In this document: positions 21,569-34,594 of the stretch, piece after piece
Numbering within the stretch: position 1 is the stretch's first letter
Layout: each line of letters begins with the position of its first letter
Source of the DNA: Candidatus Omnitrophota bacterium
GTDB lineage: Bacteria > Omnitrophota > Omnitrophia > Omnitrophales > Aquincolibacteriaceae
Assembly (NCBI GenBank): GCA_043732705.1
Contig: JAYTHE010000029.1
Span: forward strand, 70,445 to 134,444
Direction of reading: 5' to 3'
DNA: 64,000 bases
Translations under genes and position numbers: made by a program
The notes under the pieces: model-generated
Database searches by the model: none
The model's input: only the letters and a program-made list of their open reading frames with translations
Told to the model about the DNA's origin: nothing

Positions 21569-24500
21569 TTATTGTTTCTCTTGAGCTGTCGCAACGCCTT
21601 CACTCGGCTCTGCTTCTTTGCGCGCAAGGCCGGGCAAAACGCCCGAAATATCTTTTTCGATTCTAAACTGTTGATGAATCTTGAAACCAGTTCCCGCCGG
21701 AATCAAATGTCCCATGATGACATTTTCTTTGAGTCCGCGCAGATAGTCGCGCTTGCCCGCAGCCGCAGCTTCGGTCAATACACGAGTAGTTTCCTGGAAA
21801 CTCGCCGCCGAAATAAAACTTTCCGTTGTGAGCGAGGCCTTGGTAATACCAAGGAGGATCGGAGTCGCCTTCGCGGGCTCTTTACCTTTCTTCACCATTT
21901 TTTCGTTTTCTTCTTTGAAGAGCTGCTTCTCAACATGAGAACCAACAAGGAAATCTGTGTCTCCGGAATCTTCAACGCGGACTTTGCGAAGCATCTGACG
22001 CACGATAATTTCAACGTGCTTATCGTTCAGCTTCACGCCCTGTAAACGGTAAACTTCCTGAACTTCGCGCACGAGATAATCCATCAGCGCACGCTCTCCG
22101 GATACTTTCAAAATATCCTGCGGAACAACCGGTCCGTCCACGAGCTGTTCGCCTGCTTGAACGCGATCGCCGGTATAAACGTTCAAATGTTTTCCGTGAG
22201 GAATGAGATACTCACAAACCATTCCCGCGGGACTCTTCACAATAATTTTGCGTTTACCTTTAACTACATCGCCGATTTCAACGATACCGTCGATTTCAGA
22301 AATAACAGAGGGGTTCTTCGGCTTGCGGGCTTCAAAAAGCTCGGCAACACGCGGCAAACCACCGGTGATATCGCGGGTTTTTGCAATCTTACGCGGTGTC
22401 TTCGCGATCATCATACCGCTTGTCAACTGCTGGCCGTCTTGGGCAACAATATGAGCGCCGGTAGGAATCGGATAAAACGCAAGCACGGCATCATTTGGAC
22501 CTACAATCAAAAGCTGCGGATGCAGATCTTCTTTGTGGTCAATAATGACTCGCTCAATCAAGCCAGTTGTAGCATCCATTTCTTCATTCATACTGACGCC
22601 GGCTTTAATATCTTCGTAGCGTACTTTTCCGGCAACTTCAGTCAAAATCGGAACCGTGTATGGATCCCACTTAACAAATGTTTCGCCTTTTTCAACTTTG
22701 CCGCCGTCTTTCGGAGCAATGATCGCACCGGTCGGAATAGTATATTTTTCCAACTCGCGGCCTGTTGCGTCATGAACGGTAATCTGTCCGTTACGATTTA
22801 ACACAACGACTTCTTTACCTTCAGTCACAACCGTTTTCAAGTTGTGAAATTTCACGACACCCGAATTACGTGCGCGAAAATAAGACTGCTCGATAACACG
22901 TGAAGCCGTACCACCGATGTGAAAGGTACGCATCGTCAACTGTGTTCCAGGTTCACCGATCGACTGCGCGGCGATAATGCCAGTTGCGGTTCCTAGCTCA
23001 ACCATGCGGCGGTTACCCAAGTCGCGACCGTAGCAATAAGCACAAATGCCTTTGACGGATTCACAGAAAAGCGGAGAACGAATGCGAATCTTTTCAATTC
23101 CGAATTCTGTTATTTTCTTAACTACATCTTCATCAATTAATTGACCTGTCTTTACAATTACCTTGTCTGTAATAACATCAACAACATTATCCAGCGCCAC
23201 GCGGCCAAGAATACGATCGCCCAACGAAACGATTTCTTCTTCACCTTCATAAACCGGCTCCATCACAATACCTTGCAAAGTGCCGCAATCAATTTCACTG
23301 ATGATCACGTCTTGCGCAACGTCAACGAGGCGGCGGGTCAAGTAACCGGAATCCGCTGTTTTAAGCGCGGTATCGGCCAAACCTTTACGCGCACCGTGAG
23401 TGGAAATAAAGTATTCCAAAACGGTCAACCCTTCACGGAAATTAGCCGTAATCGGACTCTCAATAATTTCACCTGATGGTTTTGCCATCAAACCACGCAT
23501 ACCGGCCAGCTGACGAATCTGCTGCTTTGAACCGCGGGCGCCGGAATCGGCCATCATGAAAATCGGATTAAAAGATTCAAGCTCTTCAAACATGGTGTCG
23601 GAAACACGATCCGTGATGTGCGTCCAAATATCGATAACCTTGTTATAGCGTTCACCTTCGGTAATAACACCCTGGCGATACTGACTCTCGATTGACTTCA
23701 CTTGCTTGTGACCTTCATCCAAAAACTTAATTTTGGACAATGGAATTTTTGCATCGTTAATGCCAATTGAAATTCCGGCAGCGGTCGCGTGCTGGAATCC
23801 AAGCTTCTTCAGGCGGTCGAGAAGCTGAATAACTTCAAAGTGACCGAATTGGTTGTAGCACTCAGCAATAACTTTTCCGAGCTTCGCTTTAGTCATAACT
23901 TCATTTACAAAGCGGAAGCCTTTTGGAAATTCATTATTGAAAAGAATACGTCCAAGATGCGTTTCAACAATTTCACCTTTTTCGAGGCGGATTTTTACTT
24001 TGGCATGCTTGTGAACCTGTCCGTCAAGAAAAGCAAGCTCGGCTTCTTCATAGCTGCCAAAAGTCAAACCTTCACCCAATACGCCAGCGCGCGATTTGGT
24101 GAGATAGTAAAGACCCAATACGATATCCTGCGTCGGAGCCACAATCGGCTGACCGTTTGCGGGATTAAAAATATTATTTGCCGAAAGCATCAACACACGG
24201 CATTCCATGATCGCTTCCATTGAAAGCGGAACGTGAACGGCCATCTGGTCACCGTCGAAGTCGGCGTTGAAAGCCGTACAAACGAGAGGATGAATACGGA
24301 TCGCTTTGCCTTCAATCAATACCGGCTCAAAAGCCTGGATACCGAGACGATGCAATGTCGGAGCGCGGTTGAGCATAATCGGATGCTCTTGAATGACTTC
24401 ATCCAAAATATCCCAAACTTCGGGGCGTACGCGTTCAACAATTTTCTTCGCTGAACGGATTGTATGCACATGCCCGCGGTCTTTTAACTTACGAATAATG

Positions 24501-25615
24501 AAAGGCTCGAAAAGCTCAAGCGCCATCTTCTTCGGCAAACCACATTGGTGAATTTTAAGTTCAGGGCCGACGACAATAACCGAGCGACCTGAATAGTCGA
24601 CGCGTTTACCGAGCAAATTCTGACGGAAACGGCCTTGCTTACCTTTCAACATATCGCTCAAAGATTTGAGCGGACGGTTGCCTGCGCCCAAAACTGGGCG
24701 GCCATGACGACCATTGTCAAAAAGTGCATCGACAGCTTCTTGAAGCATGCGTTTTTCGTTACGGATAATAACGTCCGGAGCTTTAAGATCGAGAAGCTTC
24801 TTCAAACGGTTATTACGGTTGATAACACGGCGATAAAGATCGTTAAGATCGGAAGTCGCAAAACGGCCGCCGTCCAAAGCAACAAGCGGACGAAGATCGG
24901 GCGGGATTACCGGCACGACGTTCAAAATCATCCATTCGGGCTTATTACCGGATTTGCGGAAAGCTTCAACGATTTTGAGAATCTTTGTTCCACGCGCACG
25001 AGTTTGTTTCGACTTCGCTGTGCGAACTTGACGCTGATATTTAACAGCCATCTTATCAAGCTCAAGACCTGACAAAAGATCTTGAACAGCAGCAGCACCC
25101 ATTCCAGCTTTGAAACTTTCAGCGCCGTATTGCTCAACTGCTTTTTGATATTCTTCTTCCGTTAAAAGCTGATGCGGCTTTAAAGGAGTTTCCTTCGGAT
25201 CGATCACGATAAATTCTTCATAATAAAGAACTTTTTCGAGCGAACGCACGCTTAGGTCTAGCAAGTTACCGATGCGTGAAGGCATGGTCTTAAAAAACCA
25301 AATATGCGAAACCGGAGTTACAAGGTCAATATGGCCCATGCGCTCACGACGAACACGCGACAATGTGATTTCAACGCCACAACGGTCGCAAATCACACCC
25401 TTGTACTTGATACGCTTATATTTTCCACAAGCGCATTCATAGTCTTTGGTTGGTCCAAAAATTTTCTCACAGAAAAGCCCGTCTTTTTCAGGCTTTAATG
25501 TGCGGTAATTAATGGTTTCAGGTTTTCTAACTTCGCCATGAGACCATCCGCGGACGATCTCCGGAGAAGCAATCTGAATGCTTACTGAATCGAAGGTATT
25601 GATATCGTATGTCAT
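21569..25615 (-). CDS. rpoC: RNA polymerase beta' subunit
   Basis: NADFDGD, CxxC zinc sites, [13 protein letters not shown]. Confidence 0.99.
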   Translation of the reverse strand: MTYDINTFDSVSIQIASPEIVRGWSHGEVRKPETINYRTLKPEKDGLFCEKIFGPTKDYECACGKYKRIKYKGVICDRCGVEITLSRVRRERMGHIDLVTPVSHIWFFKTMPSRIGNLLDLSVRSLEKVLYYEEFIVIDPKETPLKPHQLLTEEEYQKAVEQYGAESFKAGMGAAAVQDLLSGLELDKMAVKYQRQVRTAKSKQTRARGTKILKIVEAFRKSGNKPEWMILNVVPVIPPDLRPLVALDGGRFATSDLNDLYRRVINRNNRLKKLLDLKAPDVIIRNEKRMLQEAVDALFDNGRHGRPVLGAGNRPLKSLSDMLKGKQGRFRQNLLGKRVDYSGRSVIVVGPELKIHQCGLPKKMALELFEPFIIRKLKDRGHVHTIRSAKKIVERVRPEVWDILDEVIQEHPIMLNRAPTLHRLGIQAFEPVLIEGKAIRIHPLVCTAFNADFDGDQMAVHVPLSMEAIMECRVLMLSANNIFNPANGQPIVAPTQDIVLGLYYLTKSRAGVLGEGLTFGSYEEAELAFLDGQVHKHAKVKIRLEKGEIVETHLGRILFNNEFPKGFRFVNEVMTKAKLGKVIAECYNQFGHFEVIQLLDRLKKLGFQHATAAGISIGINDAKIPLSKIKFLDEGHKQVKSIESQYRQGVITEGERYNKVIDIWTHITDRVSDTMFEELESFNPIFMMADSGARGSKQQIRQLAGMRGLMAKPSGEIIESPITANFREGLTVLEYFISTHGARKGLADTALKTADSGYLTRRLVDVAQDVIISEIDCGTLQGIVMEPVYEGEEEIVSLGDRILGRVALDNVVDVITDKVIVKTGQLIDEDVVKKITEFGIEKIRIRSPLFCESVKGICAYCYGRDLGNRRMVELGTATGIIAAQSIGEPGTQLTMRTFHIGGTASRVIEQSYFRARNSGVVKFHNLKTVVTEGKEVVVLNRNGQITVHDATGRELEKYTIPTGAIIAPKDGGKVEKGETFVKWDPYTVPILTEVAGKVRYEDIKAGVSMNEEMDATTGLIERVIIDHKEDLHPQLLIVGPNDAVLAFYPIPTGAHIVAQDGQQLTSGMMIAKTPRKIAKTRDITGGLPRVAELFEARKPKNPSVISEIDGIVEIGDVVKGKRKIIVKSPAGMVCEYLIPHGKHLNVYTGDRVQAGEQLVDGPVVPQDILKVSGERALMDYLVREVQEVYRLQGVKLNDKHVEIIVRQMLRKVRVEDSGDTDFLVGSHVEKQLFKEENEKMVKKGKEPAKATPILLGITKASLTTESFISAASFQETTRVLTEAAAAGKRDYLRGLKENVIMGHLIPAGTGFKIHQQFRIEKDISGVLPGLARKEAEPSEGVATAQEKQ

Positions 25616-28600
25616 ACTTTTAACTTCTCCTTCGCGTCCTGTTTTTCTTTTTCAGCGGCAATAGTAGCTGCTTCAGCTTCCTGTGACAAAGCCAAACCTA
25701 GCTTAGCCTTCGCGCCGTTCTTTTCAGGAACAATGTCGAGTCCGAGTGCTTGCAATTCTTTTACAAGAACGTTGAATGATTCAGGTGTACCAGCATGAAG
25801 CGCCGGCTCACCCTTAACAATCGCTTCATAAACTTTAGTGCGTCCGACAACATCGTCCGACTTCACTGTCAAAAGTTCCTGCAAAGTGAAAGCCGCGCCA
25901 TAAGCTTCAAGCGCCCAAACTTCCATTTCACCGAAACGCTGACCACCAAACTGCGCTTTACCACCCAGCGGCTGCTGAGTTACAAGCGAGTAAGGCCCGA
26001 TCGAACGAGCGTGAATCTTGTCATCCGCCAAATGCGCCAGCTTGAGCATATAAATTTGCCCAACAGTCACTTTTTCATCAAACTTCTGTCCTGTGCGGCC
26101 ATCAAAAAGATCGGTCTTACCTTCTTCAGGTAATTTCGCTTCTTTAAGCAAAGCTTTAATTTCAGCTTCAGTCGCACCGGAGAAAACCGGTGTTTCAATT
26201 TTAATTCCAAGAACTTTTGCAGCCCAACCCATATGCGTTTCGAGCAGCTGCCCAACGTTCATACGTGAAGGAACACCAAGCGGGTTCAAAACAATTTCAA
26301 CCGGCGATCCATCCGGAAGATACGGCATGTCTTCTTCGGGAAGAATTTTTGCGATAACACCCTTGTTACCGTGGCGTCCGGCCATTTTGTCACCCACAGA
26401 GATTTTTCTCTTCGAGCAAACATAAACAACCACTTTTTTAATAACGCCTGGAGGAAGCTCGTCGCCTTTTTTCACATGTTCGATTTCGCGTGTACGCTCA
26501 ATGACAAGCTCATCGATTTCGTCACTCCAAACACGTGCTAATTTTTTGACGGACTCCTCAGCTTCTTCGTCAGTCAAACGCAATGTATCCCAATCAGCCG
26601 TGTCGAATCTCTTCAGGTCGCCCTTACTAAGCGTGTGGCCTGACTTGATCAAAACTTCGCCGAGAACATCGTCTAAAAGATCATCCGCAAGCTTAGTACC
26701 GACCAAAAGCTCGGTTACTTTGCTGAGGCGAATATCTTTCAGAGAATCAATGCGTTGCTGATAGCGGTCTTTGATTTCCGCGATATTAGTCGCCTCTTCT
26801 TTTTTCTCTTCTTTTGTTTTCGCCTGAGATTCTTTGCGCGCGAACATTTTCACGTCCACAACGATTCCTTCCACACCGGGAGGAACAGTCAAAGATGCGT
26901 CACGAACGTCGCCGGCTTTTTCACCGAAGATTGCGCGTAAAAGTTTTTCTTCAGGGGAAAGTTCGATTTCTGACTTCGGAGTAATTTTACCGACAAGAAT
27001 ATCGCCAGGCTTCACTTCCGCACCAACACGAACCACACCTTCCAAATCAAGGTCTTTCAATGCTTCTTCGCCGACATTCGGAATGTCGCGCGTGATTTCT
27101 TCATTACCAAGCTTGGTATCACGAGCTTCGACTTCAAACTCTTCGATGTGAAGCGAAGTATAAACGTCTTCTTTTGAAAGACGTTCGCTCAAAATGATAG
27201 CGTCTTCAAAGTTGTATCCGCCCCACGGCATGAAAGCCACCATCACATTGCGGCCGAGCGCGAGCTCTCCACCCTGAGTTGCGGCACCGTCAGCGAGAGG
27301 ATCGCCTTTTTTAACTTTGTCGCCTTTTTTAACAAGCGGGCGCTGATTCAAACATGTTCCGGCATTGGAACGTTCAAACTTGTTCAGCTTATAGTTGATG
27401 TCATCTACGATGATTTCATCAGCAGAAACATACTTAACGGTTCCCTTTTGTTTAGAAATAACAACCGCACCTGAGTCGCGCGCGACATATTTTTCCATAC
27501 CGGTTCCGACAAGCGGAGAATCAGTAATTAAAAGAGGAACGGCCTGACGTTGCATGTTCGAACCCATGAGAGCGCGGTTAGCGTCGTCATGTTCAAGGAA
27601 CGGAATCAAAGATGCAGCAACAGAAACGAGCTGACGCGGAGAAACGTCCATGTAATCAATTTCCTCAGGCTTCTTTTTCAAGAAGTCACCACGGCAGCGG
27701 CAAGAAACAACGTCATTGACGAACTTGCCGGACTTTTCAATTTCCTCATTCGCCTGAGCGATAACATAACGATCTTCAACATCCGCTGTTAAATAATCAA
27801 TTTTTTCTGTTACTTTTCCATTCACCACTTTGCGGTACGGAGTTTCCAAAAAGCCGACTTCATTCACACGTGCAAAAGTTGAAAGCGACGCGATAAGACC
27901 GATATTCGGTCCTTCCGGCGTTTCAATCGGACAAACACGTCCATAATGCGAAGGATGCACGTCGCGAACTTCAAAGCCCGCGCGCTCACGTGAAAGACCG
28001 CCTGGCCCGAGAGCCGACAAACGGCGCTTATGCGTTAATTCCGCAAGAGGATTAGTTTGATCCATGAATTGAGAAAGCTGACTGCGGCCAAAGAAATCCT
28101 TGATCGCGGCAGAAATCAATTTTGGATTGATCAAATTGTGAGGCATCGCCGCATCAAGATCATAAATCGACATACGCTCAACACATGAACGCTTCATGCG
28201 CGCGAGACCGACGCGGAATTGATTTTGAAGCAGCTCACCTACGGAACGCACGCGGCGGTTTCCAAGATGGTCAATATCATCCACTTTGATTTCGCCCGAA
28301 CGAAGGCGGAGAAGCTGGCCCAAAACTTTGACCACGTCTTCGTAACCAAGCGTCGTCTTATCAGATTTACCTTCCATTCCAAGCTTACGATTAAGCATGA
28401 AACGTCCGACATTGCCGAGGTCATAACGCTGTTGGTCGAAAAACAACTTGTGAATCAAATCTTTAGCGGTTGATTCTGTTGGTGGATCACCGGGACGTAC
28501 ACGGCGATAAATCGCAAGCTGCGCATCGGCGCTTGTCTGATACGGATCGCGTTCAAGCGTATTCATGATGCAAAGATCATCGTTCGGCAACTTTGCAATC

Positions 28601-29409
28601 GTGAAAGACTTCACTTTACTTGCCGCAAAAACTTCGAGAATGTCTTTGGTCAAACGTGAACCGGCGAGCGCGATTGTTTCCTGATTTTCAGGATTAATAA
28701 CGTTGTCGGCAATAAAAGAACCTTCGAGCTTCGCAAACTTGGAACGGTCGAAACCTTTTACGTCTTCGATTTGATAAAAGCTTTCCAAGAGGGCGCGTGT
28801 TGAAGGACAGCCCAAAGCGCGGAGAAGCGTTGTCGCAAGAATCTTGCGCTTACGGTCAATGAAGGCATACATGACACCATTGATATCTGTTTCAAATTCA
28901 AGCCATGCACCACGATACGGAATAATGCGCACGCCATAGATTTTTTTACCGCTCGGATGAACAGACTCTTCCAAAGAAAGACCAGGAGAACGGTGCAGCT
29001 GACTGACGACAACGCGTTCAGCGCCGTTGATCACGAAAGTTCCGGTTTCAGTCATAAGCGGAAGCTCGCCGATATAAACTTCCTGCTCTTTTGAAACGCC
29101 TTTACGCACAAGACGCAGTTTGACCTTCAAAGGGGCAGCATAGGTCATTCCGCGGCGGTGACATTCTAAAATAGAATATTTGGGCTTACCGAGAACATAG
29201 CCGCTGTACTCGAGACGGCAAGTTCCGTCGAAACTTTCAATCGGAAAGCAATCCGCGAAAGCAGACTCTAACCCTTGGCGCTTGCGCTTGCGGGCAGAAC
29301 CCATCGACTGCAAAAACTCTTCGTATGAGTGAATTTGGATTTCAACCAAATTCGGCAGTTCAACCGTATCTAAAATTTTAGTGAAAACTTTTCTTTCAGT
29401 TAAAGGCAC
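25612..29409 (-). CDS. rpoB: RNA polymerase beta subunit
   Basis: [34 protein letters not shown]. Confidence 0.99.
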   Translation of the reverse strand: MPLTERKVFTKILDTVELPNLVEIQIHSYEEFLQSMGSARKRKRQGLESAFADCFPIESFDGTCRLEYSGYVLGKPKYSILECHRRGMTYAAPLKVKLRLVRKGVSKEQEVYIGELPLMTETGTFVINGAERVVVSQLHRSPGLSLEESVHPSGKKIYGVRIIPYRGAWLEFETDINGVMYAFIDRKRKILATTLLRALGCPSTRALLESFYQIEDVKGFDRSKFAKLEGSFIADNVINPENQETIALAGSRLTKDILEVFAASKVKSFTIAKLPNDDLCIMNTLERDPYQTSADAQLAIYRRVRPGDPPTESTAKDLIHKLFFDQQRYDLGNVGRFMLNRKLGMEGKSDKTTLGYEDVVKVLGQLLRLRSGEIKVDDIDHLGNRRVRSVGELLQNQFRVGLARMKRSCVERMSIYDLDAAMPHNLINPKLISAAIKDFFGRSQLSQFMDQTNPLAELTHKRRLSALGPGGLSRERAGFEVRDVHPSHYGRVCPIETPEGPNIGLIASLSTFARVNEVGFLETPYRKVVNGKVTEKIDYLTADVEDRYVIAQANEEIEKSGKFVNDVVSCRCRGDFLKKKPEEIDYMDVSPRQLVSVAASLIPFLEHDDANRALMGSNMQRQAVPLLITDSPLVGTGMEKYVARDSGAVVISKQKGTVKYVSADEIIVDDINYKLNKFERSNAGTCLNQRPLVKKGDKVKKGDPLADGAATQGGELALGRNVMVAFMPWGGYNFEDAIILSERLSKEDVYTSLHIEEFEVEARDTKLGNEEITRDIPNVGEEALKDLDLEGVVRVGAEVKPGDILVGKITPKSEIELSPEEKLLRAIFGEKAGDVRDASLTVPPGVEGIVVDVKMFARKESQAKTKEEKKEEATNIAEIKDRYQQRIDSLKDIRLSKVTELLVGTKLADDLLDDVLGEVLIKSGHTLSKGDLKRFDTADWDTLRLTDEEAEESVKKLARVWSDEIDELVIERTREIEHVKKGDELPPGVIKKVVVYVCSKRKISVGDKMAGRHGNKGVIAKILPEEDMPYLPDGSPVEIVLNPLGVPSRMNVGQLLETHMGWAAKVLGIKIETPVFSGATEAEIKALLKEAKLPEEGKTDLFDGRTGQKFDEKVTVGQIYMLKLAHLADDKIHARSIGPYSLVTQQPLGGKAQFGGQRFGEMEVWALEAYGAAFTLQELLTVKSDDVVGRTKVYEAIVKGEPALHAGTPESFNVLVKELQALGLDIVPEKNGAKAKLGLALSQEAEAATIAAEKEKQDAKEKLKV

Positions 29410-29487
29410 AGTAGGCCCTCCCTGGAATGATCTCTGGAAAAATCAGGGGCTCGCACGAGCCCCTGCTTAATACTGAACCGAAAGCGA

Positions 29488-29898
29488 TTACTTGATTTCG
29501 ACTTTAGCGCCGGCAGCTTCGAGCTGCTTCTTGATCTTTTCAGCTTCGTCTTTGGTCGCGCCTTCTTTAACAACCTTAGGAGCAGCTTCAACAAGGTCCT
29601 TAGCTTCTTTCAAGCCAAGGCTGGTTACAGCGCGAATTTCCTTAATAACATTGATTTTTTGTTCGCCAGCGCTGACAAGAACAACATTAAATGCTGTCTT
29701 TTCTTCAGCTGCGGCTGCACCGGCACCACCGCCAACTGCGGCAACTGCTGCTGGAGCTGCGGAAGCTGCGCTTACGCCAAACTTTTCTTCGAGAGCTTTA
29801 ACCAATGTGGCCAACTCAAGAACTGTAAGACCTTCAATAGTTGTTAATACGGATTGCAGTTTTTCGGATACTGCTGTTTTTTCTGCTGTTGCTGTCAT
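29488..29898 (-). CDS. rplL: 50S ribosomal protein L7/L12
   Basis: [21 protein letters not shown]. Confidence 0.98.
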   Translation of the reverse strand: MTATAEKTAVSEKLQSVLTTIEGLTVLELATLVKALEEKFGVSAASAAPAAVAAVGGGAGAAAAEEKTAFNVVLVSAGEQKINVIKEIRAVTSLGLKEAKDLVEAAPKVVKEGATKDEAEKIKKQLEAAGAKVEIK

Positions 29899-30063
29899 TT
29901 GATTCGAGCCTCCTTGATGATGATTTCAAAAACGTTTTACTTTTTGCTCTGCGTTATGCGCAACCGCGGTTGGGCTTTTGCCCAGAGCCTAAACTTTACA
30001 GTGCGCCCATTTTTTTGCTCTGCTTTAAACGCCGGTTGCGGCGATGTCGCAGAGGCAAAAATA

Positions 30064-30600
30064 TTAATTCGAAGCCGGCGCCGCTTCCTTTTTCGTGCGG
30101 ATCTGATCCAGCGCGACAACAAGGCCGCGCATGGTATTCGCTAACACACAAACAAACCCGGTGATCGGAGAATTCATTCTCACAACCATCTGAGTTAAAA
30201 GCTCATGACGCGAAGGCAGCTTCGAAAGCTGCTGAACAAATTCAGCACCTTCTAATTTACCCTCGAAAAGAACACCTACGCATTTGATCTGCGGAGAAAC
30301 TTTTGTACCTTCAACCACATACTTGGAAATGTCTTGCGGCTCTTTATCACCAAAAGTCAAAATTACGGAGCCGGTTAAAAGCGATTCAACATTCGCTGTA
30401 ACGCCTCGGCCTTTTAAAATTTTGCGCGCCATCGCATGCTTCACAAGCATCGAACGGTTCGCTGCTTTATTCATCTTTGCACGGGCCCTGGAAAGATCCG
30501 AAACACTTACTTTTTCAAAGTTTGAAAAGAAAACGTAAGAACTCTTCGCGAATTCCTTTTCGATTTCCTGATACATCATTTCTTTATCAATCGACGGCAT
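30064..30600 (-). CDS. rplJ: 50S ribosomal protein L10
   Basis: LSKLPSRHELL; between rplA and rplL. Confidence 0.93.
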   Translation of the reverse strand: MPSIDKEMMYQEIEKEFAKSSYVFFSNFEKVSVSDLSRARAKMNKAANRSMLVKHAMARKILKGRGVTANVESLLTGSVILTFGDKEPQDISKYVVEGTKVSPQIKCVGVLFEGKLEGAEFVQQLSKLPSRHELLTQMVVRMNSPITGFVCVLANTMRGLVVALDQIRTKKEAAPASN

Positions 30601-30667
30601 ATTTTCCTCTATCTAACTTTGTTTGCTTTTCGCGGTTGCGCCTTCTGCGCAGAGCAAAAAAATGTTT

Positions 30668-31354
30668 TTACAGACTGCTTAAGTTAAGTGTTAATCCCGG
30701 GCCCTGTGTCGGAGCAACAGTAATACTCTTTACGTATTCACCTTTGCTTGCTGCAGGCTTTGCATCACGCACTGCTTTAACAACGCTCTTGGCATTCTCA
30801 AGAATATTTTGCTCGGTGAATGAAATCTTGCCGCAAATTGCATGCAATCCGCCGGTCTTATCACTCTTAAATTCAACGCGCCCTGCTTTCAACTCTTTAA
30901 CCGCAGTCGCAACCTGAGGGGTCACACCGCCTGTTTTAGGCGTTGGCATTAGACCCTTAGGCCCAAGTACGCGGCCTAGTTTGGAAACTTCACGCATCAT
31001 GTCGGGATGTGCCACAACTGCGTCAAACTCAAACCAACCTGCCAAAACTTTAGCGACCAATTCTTCACCGCCGATATAATCAGCGCCAGCTGCTTTAGCT
31101 GCGTTGACTGCCTCACCTTTGCAAAAGCAAAGAACACGAACGCTTTTGCCACTGCCATGAGGAAGCGAAACCGTACCACGAACGTTTTCATCACCAGAAT
31201 CTGCTTTGATTCCGAGCTGAAAGTTCAACGTAATGGTTTCATCATATTTATTGTCGCTTACTTGCTTGATAACCTTCACAGCATCAGCGAGTGAATAAAC
31301 TTTTCCCGTTTCTACGAGAGCTGATCTTTTTACCTGACGTTTACTTTGCTTCAT
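30668..31354 (-). CDS. rplA: 50S ribosomal protein L1
   Basis: VRGTVSLPHG, LGRVLGPKGLMP; start set at ATG 31354. Confidence 0.97.
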   Translation of the reverse strand: MKQSKRQVKRSALVETGKVYSLADAVKVIKQVSDNKYDETITLNFQLGIKADSGDENVRGTVSLPHGSGKSVRVLCFCKGEAVNAAKAAGADYIGGEELVAKVLAGWFEFDAVVAHPDMMREVSKLGRVLGPKGLMPTPKTGGVTPQVATAVKELKAGRVEFKSDKTGGLHAICGKISFTEQNILENAKSVVKAVRDAKPAASKGEYVKSITVAPTQGPGLTLNLSSL

Positions 31355-31390
31355 ACTGTTTCCTTTTAACTCTGCGCTTTCGCGCAACCG

Positions 31391-31819
31391 TTAACCTTCA
31401 ATAACTTCGATACCCATGCTCCGCGCTGTACCTTCGACTACTCTCATGGCACTTTCGAGCTTGGTCGCATTCATATCCACCATTTTCTTTTTGGCGATTT
31501 CAGCAACCTGGGATTTCTTAATTTGACCAATTTTTACTTTGCCAGCTTCACCGGATGCTTTTGCCAAACCAACCGCTTTTTTAATTGAAGCGGAAACCGG
31601 CGGCTGCTTAAGAATAAAATCAAAAGACTTATCTTTGTAAACCGTCATCACAACAGGGAAAACAGTTCCCATGTCTTTTTTTGTGCGTTCGTTGAACTGC
31701 TTACAGAACTCCATGATGTTAACACCATGTTGACCGAGCGCAGGACCTACCGGAGGAGCAGGATTCGCTTGTCCGCCCGGAAGCTGTAATTTGATATATG
31801 TTTTAATTTCTTTTGCCAT
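31391..31819 (-). CDS. rplK: 50S ribosomal protein L11
   Basis: [23 protein letters not shown]. Confidence 0.98.
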   Translation of the reverse strand: MAKEIKTYIKLQLPGGQANPAPPVGPALGQHGVNIMEFCKQFNERTKKDMGTVFPVVMTVYKDKSFDFILKQPPVSASIKKAVGLAKASGEAGKVKIGQIKKSQVAEIAKKKMVDMNATKLESAMRVVEGTARSMGIEVIEG

Positions 31820-31874
31820 CTGTGTCTTTTTCGCTCTGAGCGTTTAAACGCTCAACCGCGATTCCTTTTCTCGT

Positions 31875-32420
31875 TTAGATTCTTTCGACTTGCCAGTATT
31901 CAAGTTCAACCGGCGTTGCACGTCCAAAAATTGTTACTCGCACACGAAGCTTGCCGCGATCCGGATTGATTTGCTCAATCACTCCGTTAAAATTCGCAAA
32001 CGCACCCTCTTTAACACGAACGCTTTCACCTTCGCCAAATTCAACTTTAGGCTTCGGCTTGGAAGTTTTTTCTTCCTGGCCTTGAATAATCTCGCTGATT
32101 TCTTTTTCAGTAAGAGGAATCGGGCGCTTGCCAGTTCCAACAAACCCGGAAACCCCCGGGGTGTTCTTCACGAGATACCAAGTCTCATCGCTCAAATCCA
32201 TCTTCACAAAGATATAACCGGCAAAAAATTTACGGTCGCTGATACGTTTTTTTCCGCCCTTAACTTCACTTACCTTTTCTGTCGGAATCAAAACTTCCTG
32301 AATCTTGTCAGCCAAACCCTGCATTTGCGCGCGCACCAATAAACCGGAACGGGCCTTGCCTTCAAGACCTGTCTGCGTGTGCACTACATACCATTTAAGA
32401 TCTGCCATTGTAACCATCAA
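31875..32420 (-). CDS. nusG: Transcription termination/antitermination factor NusG
   Basis: WYVVHT, NTPGVSGFVG, IFGRATPVEL; start could be 32408. Confidence 0.97.
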   Translation of the reverse strand: MMVTMADLKWYVVHTQTGLEGKARSGLLVRAQMQGLADKIQEVLIPTEKVSEVKGGKKRISDRKFFAGYIFVKMDLSDETWYLVKNTPGVSGFVGTGKRPIPLTEKEISEIIQGQEEKTSKPKPKVEFGEGESVRVKEGAFANFNGVIEQINPDRGKLRVRVTIFGRATPVELEYWQVERI

Positions 32421-32608
32421 CCCCGCCGGATCAACACGCTCAATAAAGAGGAGTTGCCAAAATCAATTACAAAAATTAAACCTGTCAAAAAAGCCGCCGC
32501 AATAATCACAACGATGCCAGCCTGAATCACTTCAGCGCGCGCAGGCCAAGTTACCTTTTTCAACTCTTGAACGATCTCACCGAAAAAACCGCCGATTTTC
32601 TGAATCAT
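32417..32608 (-). CDS. secE: Preprotein translocase SecE
   Basis: ELKKVTWP plus one TM helix; upstream of nusG. Confidence 0.95.
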   Translation of the reverse strand: MIQKIGGFFGEIVQELKKVTWPARAEVIQAGIVVIIAAAFLTGLIFVIDFGNSSLLSVLIRRG

Positions 32609-32707
32609 TTAATCTCTCAACTATTTTACGGTTGCGCCTTAGCGCAGAGCCAAATCTTTTACTGTGCGGCTGGGCATCATCACCCAGAGCCGAAACATAT
32701 CGTACGA

Positions 32708-32872
32708 TACAGGCCTGGTAGGTTCGGCACCTTCCGTTCATGTCCGCTAGTCGCGGCATTCACTACAGGTTGCCACCCGCTTCGCCTGGCCTTCGCTATA
32801 CGCGAATCTGACATTAGTCAGATTCTTGCTCCGCTCAGCTTCGTCATTTGCGAAGCTCCCTTCGAAACCTAC
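32708..32872 (-). pseudogene. Duplicated tRNA-Trp 3' half with an approx. 138-nt structured insert in the T-loop
   Basis: 32708-32722 TACAGGCCTGGTAGG equals tRNA-Trp 32938-32952; 32861-32872 TTCGAAACCTAC resembles tRNA 32954-32964; insert holds hairpins. Confidence 0.6.
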
Positions 32873-32939
32873 TTAACAATCGCTCTTGCCAACTCTTTCC
32901 GCCGGTTGCGCTGGCAACGCAGAGGCGAAATAATTCGTA

Positions 32940-33014
32940 CAGGCCTGGTAGGATTCGAACCTACAACAAGCGGTTTTGGAGACCGCCGCTCTAGCCAATT
33001 GGAGCTACAGGCCT
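32940..33014 (-). tRNA. trnW: tRNA-Trp (CCA)
   Basis: AGGCCTG acceptor stem, anticodon loop CTCCAAA, GTTCGAATC T-loop; canonical rpmG-trnW-secE position. Confidence 0.96.
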
Positions 33015-33078
33015 ATAAAACCTAAAACCCCGCATTCGCTTCGCGGTTGTGCCAAAAGCACAGAGCCAAAATAACTCG

Positions 33079-33234
33079 TTACTTCTTCTCTTTGAAAAGA
33101 ATATGCTTGCGCAACGTCGGACAATATTTTTTTCTCTCAAGCCGTTCGGGATTCTGCTTCTTGTTCTTCCGAGTCATATAAGTCGTCGAACTCGCGGGAT
33201 CCGTCGAAACCAAAGTTATAATTTCACTAGCCAT
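33079..33234 (-). CDS. rpmG: 50S ribosomal protein L33 (zinc-independent type)
   Basis: Manual translation [51 protein letters not shown]. Confidence 0.93.
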   Translation of the reverse strand: MASEIITLVSTDPASSTTYMTRKNKKQNPERLERKKYCPTLRKHILFKEKK

Positions 33235-33277
33235 TTAAAACCTCTTGTTTTTATCTGCAAATAAATTTGCAGATAAA

Positions 33278-33308
33278 AAATCCCCGCTGATTTTTCAGCG
33301 GGGATTTA
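33278..33308 (-). terminator. Hairpin downstream of tuf, possible intrinsic terminator or processing stem
   Basis: AAATCCCCGCTGA-TTT-TCAGCGGGGATTT inverted repeat with U-run; second hairpin 33249-33278. Confidence 0.55.
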
Positions 33309-33314
33309 AAAAAA

Positions 33315-34514
33315 CTATTCGACAATCTCGCTTACAACACCTGCGCCAACTGTTTTACCGCCTTCGCGAATCGCGAAGCGTAATTCCTTTTCCATGGCAA
33401 CGGGAGCAATCAATTCGCCCGTGATGGAAACGTTGTCACCAGGCATCACCATTTCGCGGCCGGCCGGCAACTCAACGATGCCGGTTACGTCGGTGGTACG
33501 GAAATAAAACTGAGGGCGATATCCCTTGAAGAAAGGGGTATGACGTCCGCCTTCTTCTTTGCTCAAGATATAAACTTCGGCTTTGAACTTTTTGTGAGGA
33601 GAAACAGAGTTCGGAGCGCAAATAACCATACCGCGCTGAATCTGATCTTTTTCAACACCGCGAAGCAAAAGACCTACGTTGTCGCCGGCTTGACCCTGAT
33701 CAAGCATCTTACGGAACATTTCAACGCCGGTTACAGTTGTCTTCAATTTTTGTTCCTGCATACCAACGATTTCAGCTTCATCACCCACTTTGATGATTCC
33801 GCGTTCAATACGTCCTGTCGCAACAGTACCGCGACCTGAGATTGAGAAAACGTCTTCAACTGACATCAAGAAAGGCTTGTCAATTTCGCGCTTCGGCTCA
33901 GGAATGTGCTGATCCAATGCATCCACCAACTCTTCAATGCACTTGATTGCAGCAGGATCTTTTGGATTTTGTGCAGCCGGGAGACCGGAACCGCGAATAA
34001 CCGGGATTTTATCTCCGGGAAACTTATACTTTGTTAAAAGATCGCGGACTTCCATTTCAACGAGATCAAGAAGTTCTTTGTCATCAACAAGGTCAATCTT
34101 GTTAAGAAAAACAACGATCGCAGGAACGCCAACCTGACGTGCAAGCAAAATGTGTTCACGTGTTTGCGGCATCGGACCGTCAACAGCGGAAACAACGAGA
34201 ATCGCTCCGTCCATCTGCGCGGCGCCGGTGATCATATTTTTAATATAGTCAGCGTGTCCCGGGCAGTCAATGTGAGCATAATGACGTGTCGCGGATGAGT
34301 ATTCAACGTGGGAAACAGCAATAGTAACGATTTTAGAATCGTCGCGAACAGTTCCGCCCTTTGCAATTTCAGCATACGTCTTAATATCAGCAAGACCTTT
34401 TGCATTTTGAACCATGCAAAGCGCTGTAGTTAACGTAGTTTTACCATGGTCGACGTGGCCAATTGTACCGACGTTTACGTGCGGTTTTGTTCTGTCAAAT
34501 TTTTCTTTTGCCAT
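33315..34514 (-). CDS. tuf: Elongation factor Tu
   Basis: [23 protein letters not shown]; divergent switch I. Confidence 0.99.
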   Translation of the reverse strand: MAKEKFDRTKPHVNVGTIGHVDHGKTTLTTALCMVQNAKGLADIKTYAEIAKGGTVRDDSKIVTIAVSHVEYSSATRHYAHIDCPGHADYIKNMITGAAQMDGAILVVSAVDGPMPQTREHILLARQVGVPAIVVFLNKIDLVDDKELLDLVEMEVRDLLTKYKFPGDKIPVIRGSGLPAAQNPKDPAAIKCIEELVDALDQHIPEPKREIDKPFLMSVEDVFSISGRGTVATGRIERGIIKVGDEAEIVGMQEQKLKTTVTGVEMFRKMLDQGQAGDNVGLLLRGVEKDQIQRGMVICAPNSVSPHKKFKAEVYILSKEEGGRHTPFFKGYRPQFYFRTTDVTGIVELPAGREMVMPGDNVSITGELIAPVAMEKELRFAIREGGKTVGAGVVSEIVE

Positions 34515-34594
34515 GGTCGTATCTCCTTCGATTATATTTTACAAATTTTATTTCGCTCTGCGAAACCGCACTACATATACTCGTTCCGAAACCC

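Noticed and set aside
21569-29409. Inteins or introns in rpoB/rpoC
   Set aside because: Lengths are normal, motifs are continuous and no intein termini are visible.
547-33066. Family-1 hairpins as intrinsic terminators
   Set aside because: In the common orientation the U-run precedes the stem, copies occur inside CDS and between co-transcribed ribosomal genes, and the arms are sequence-conserved.
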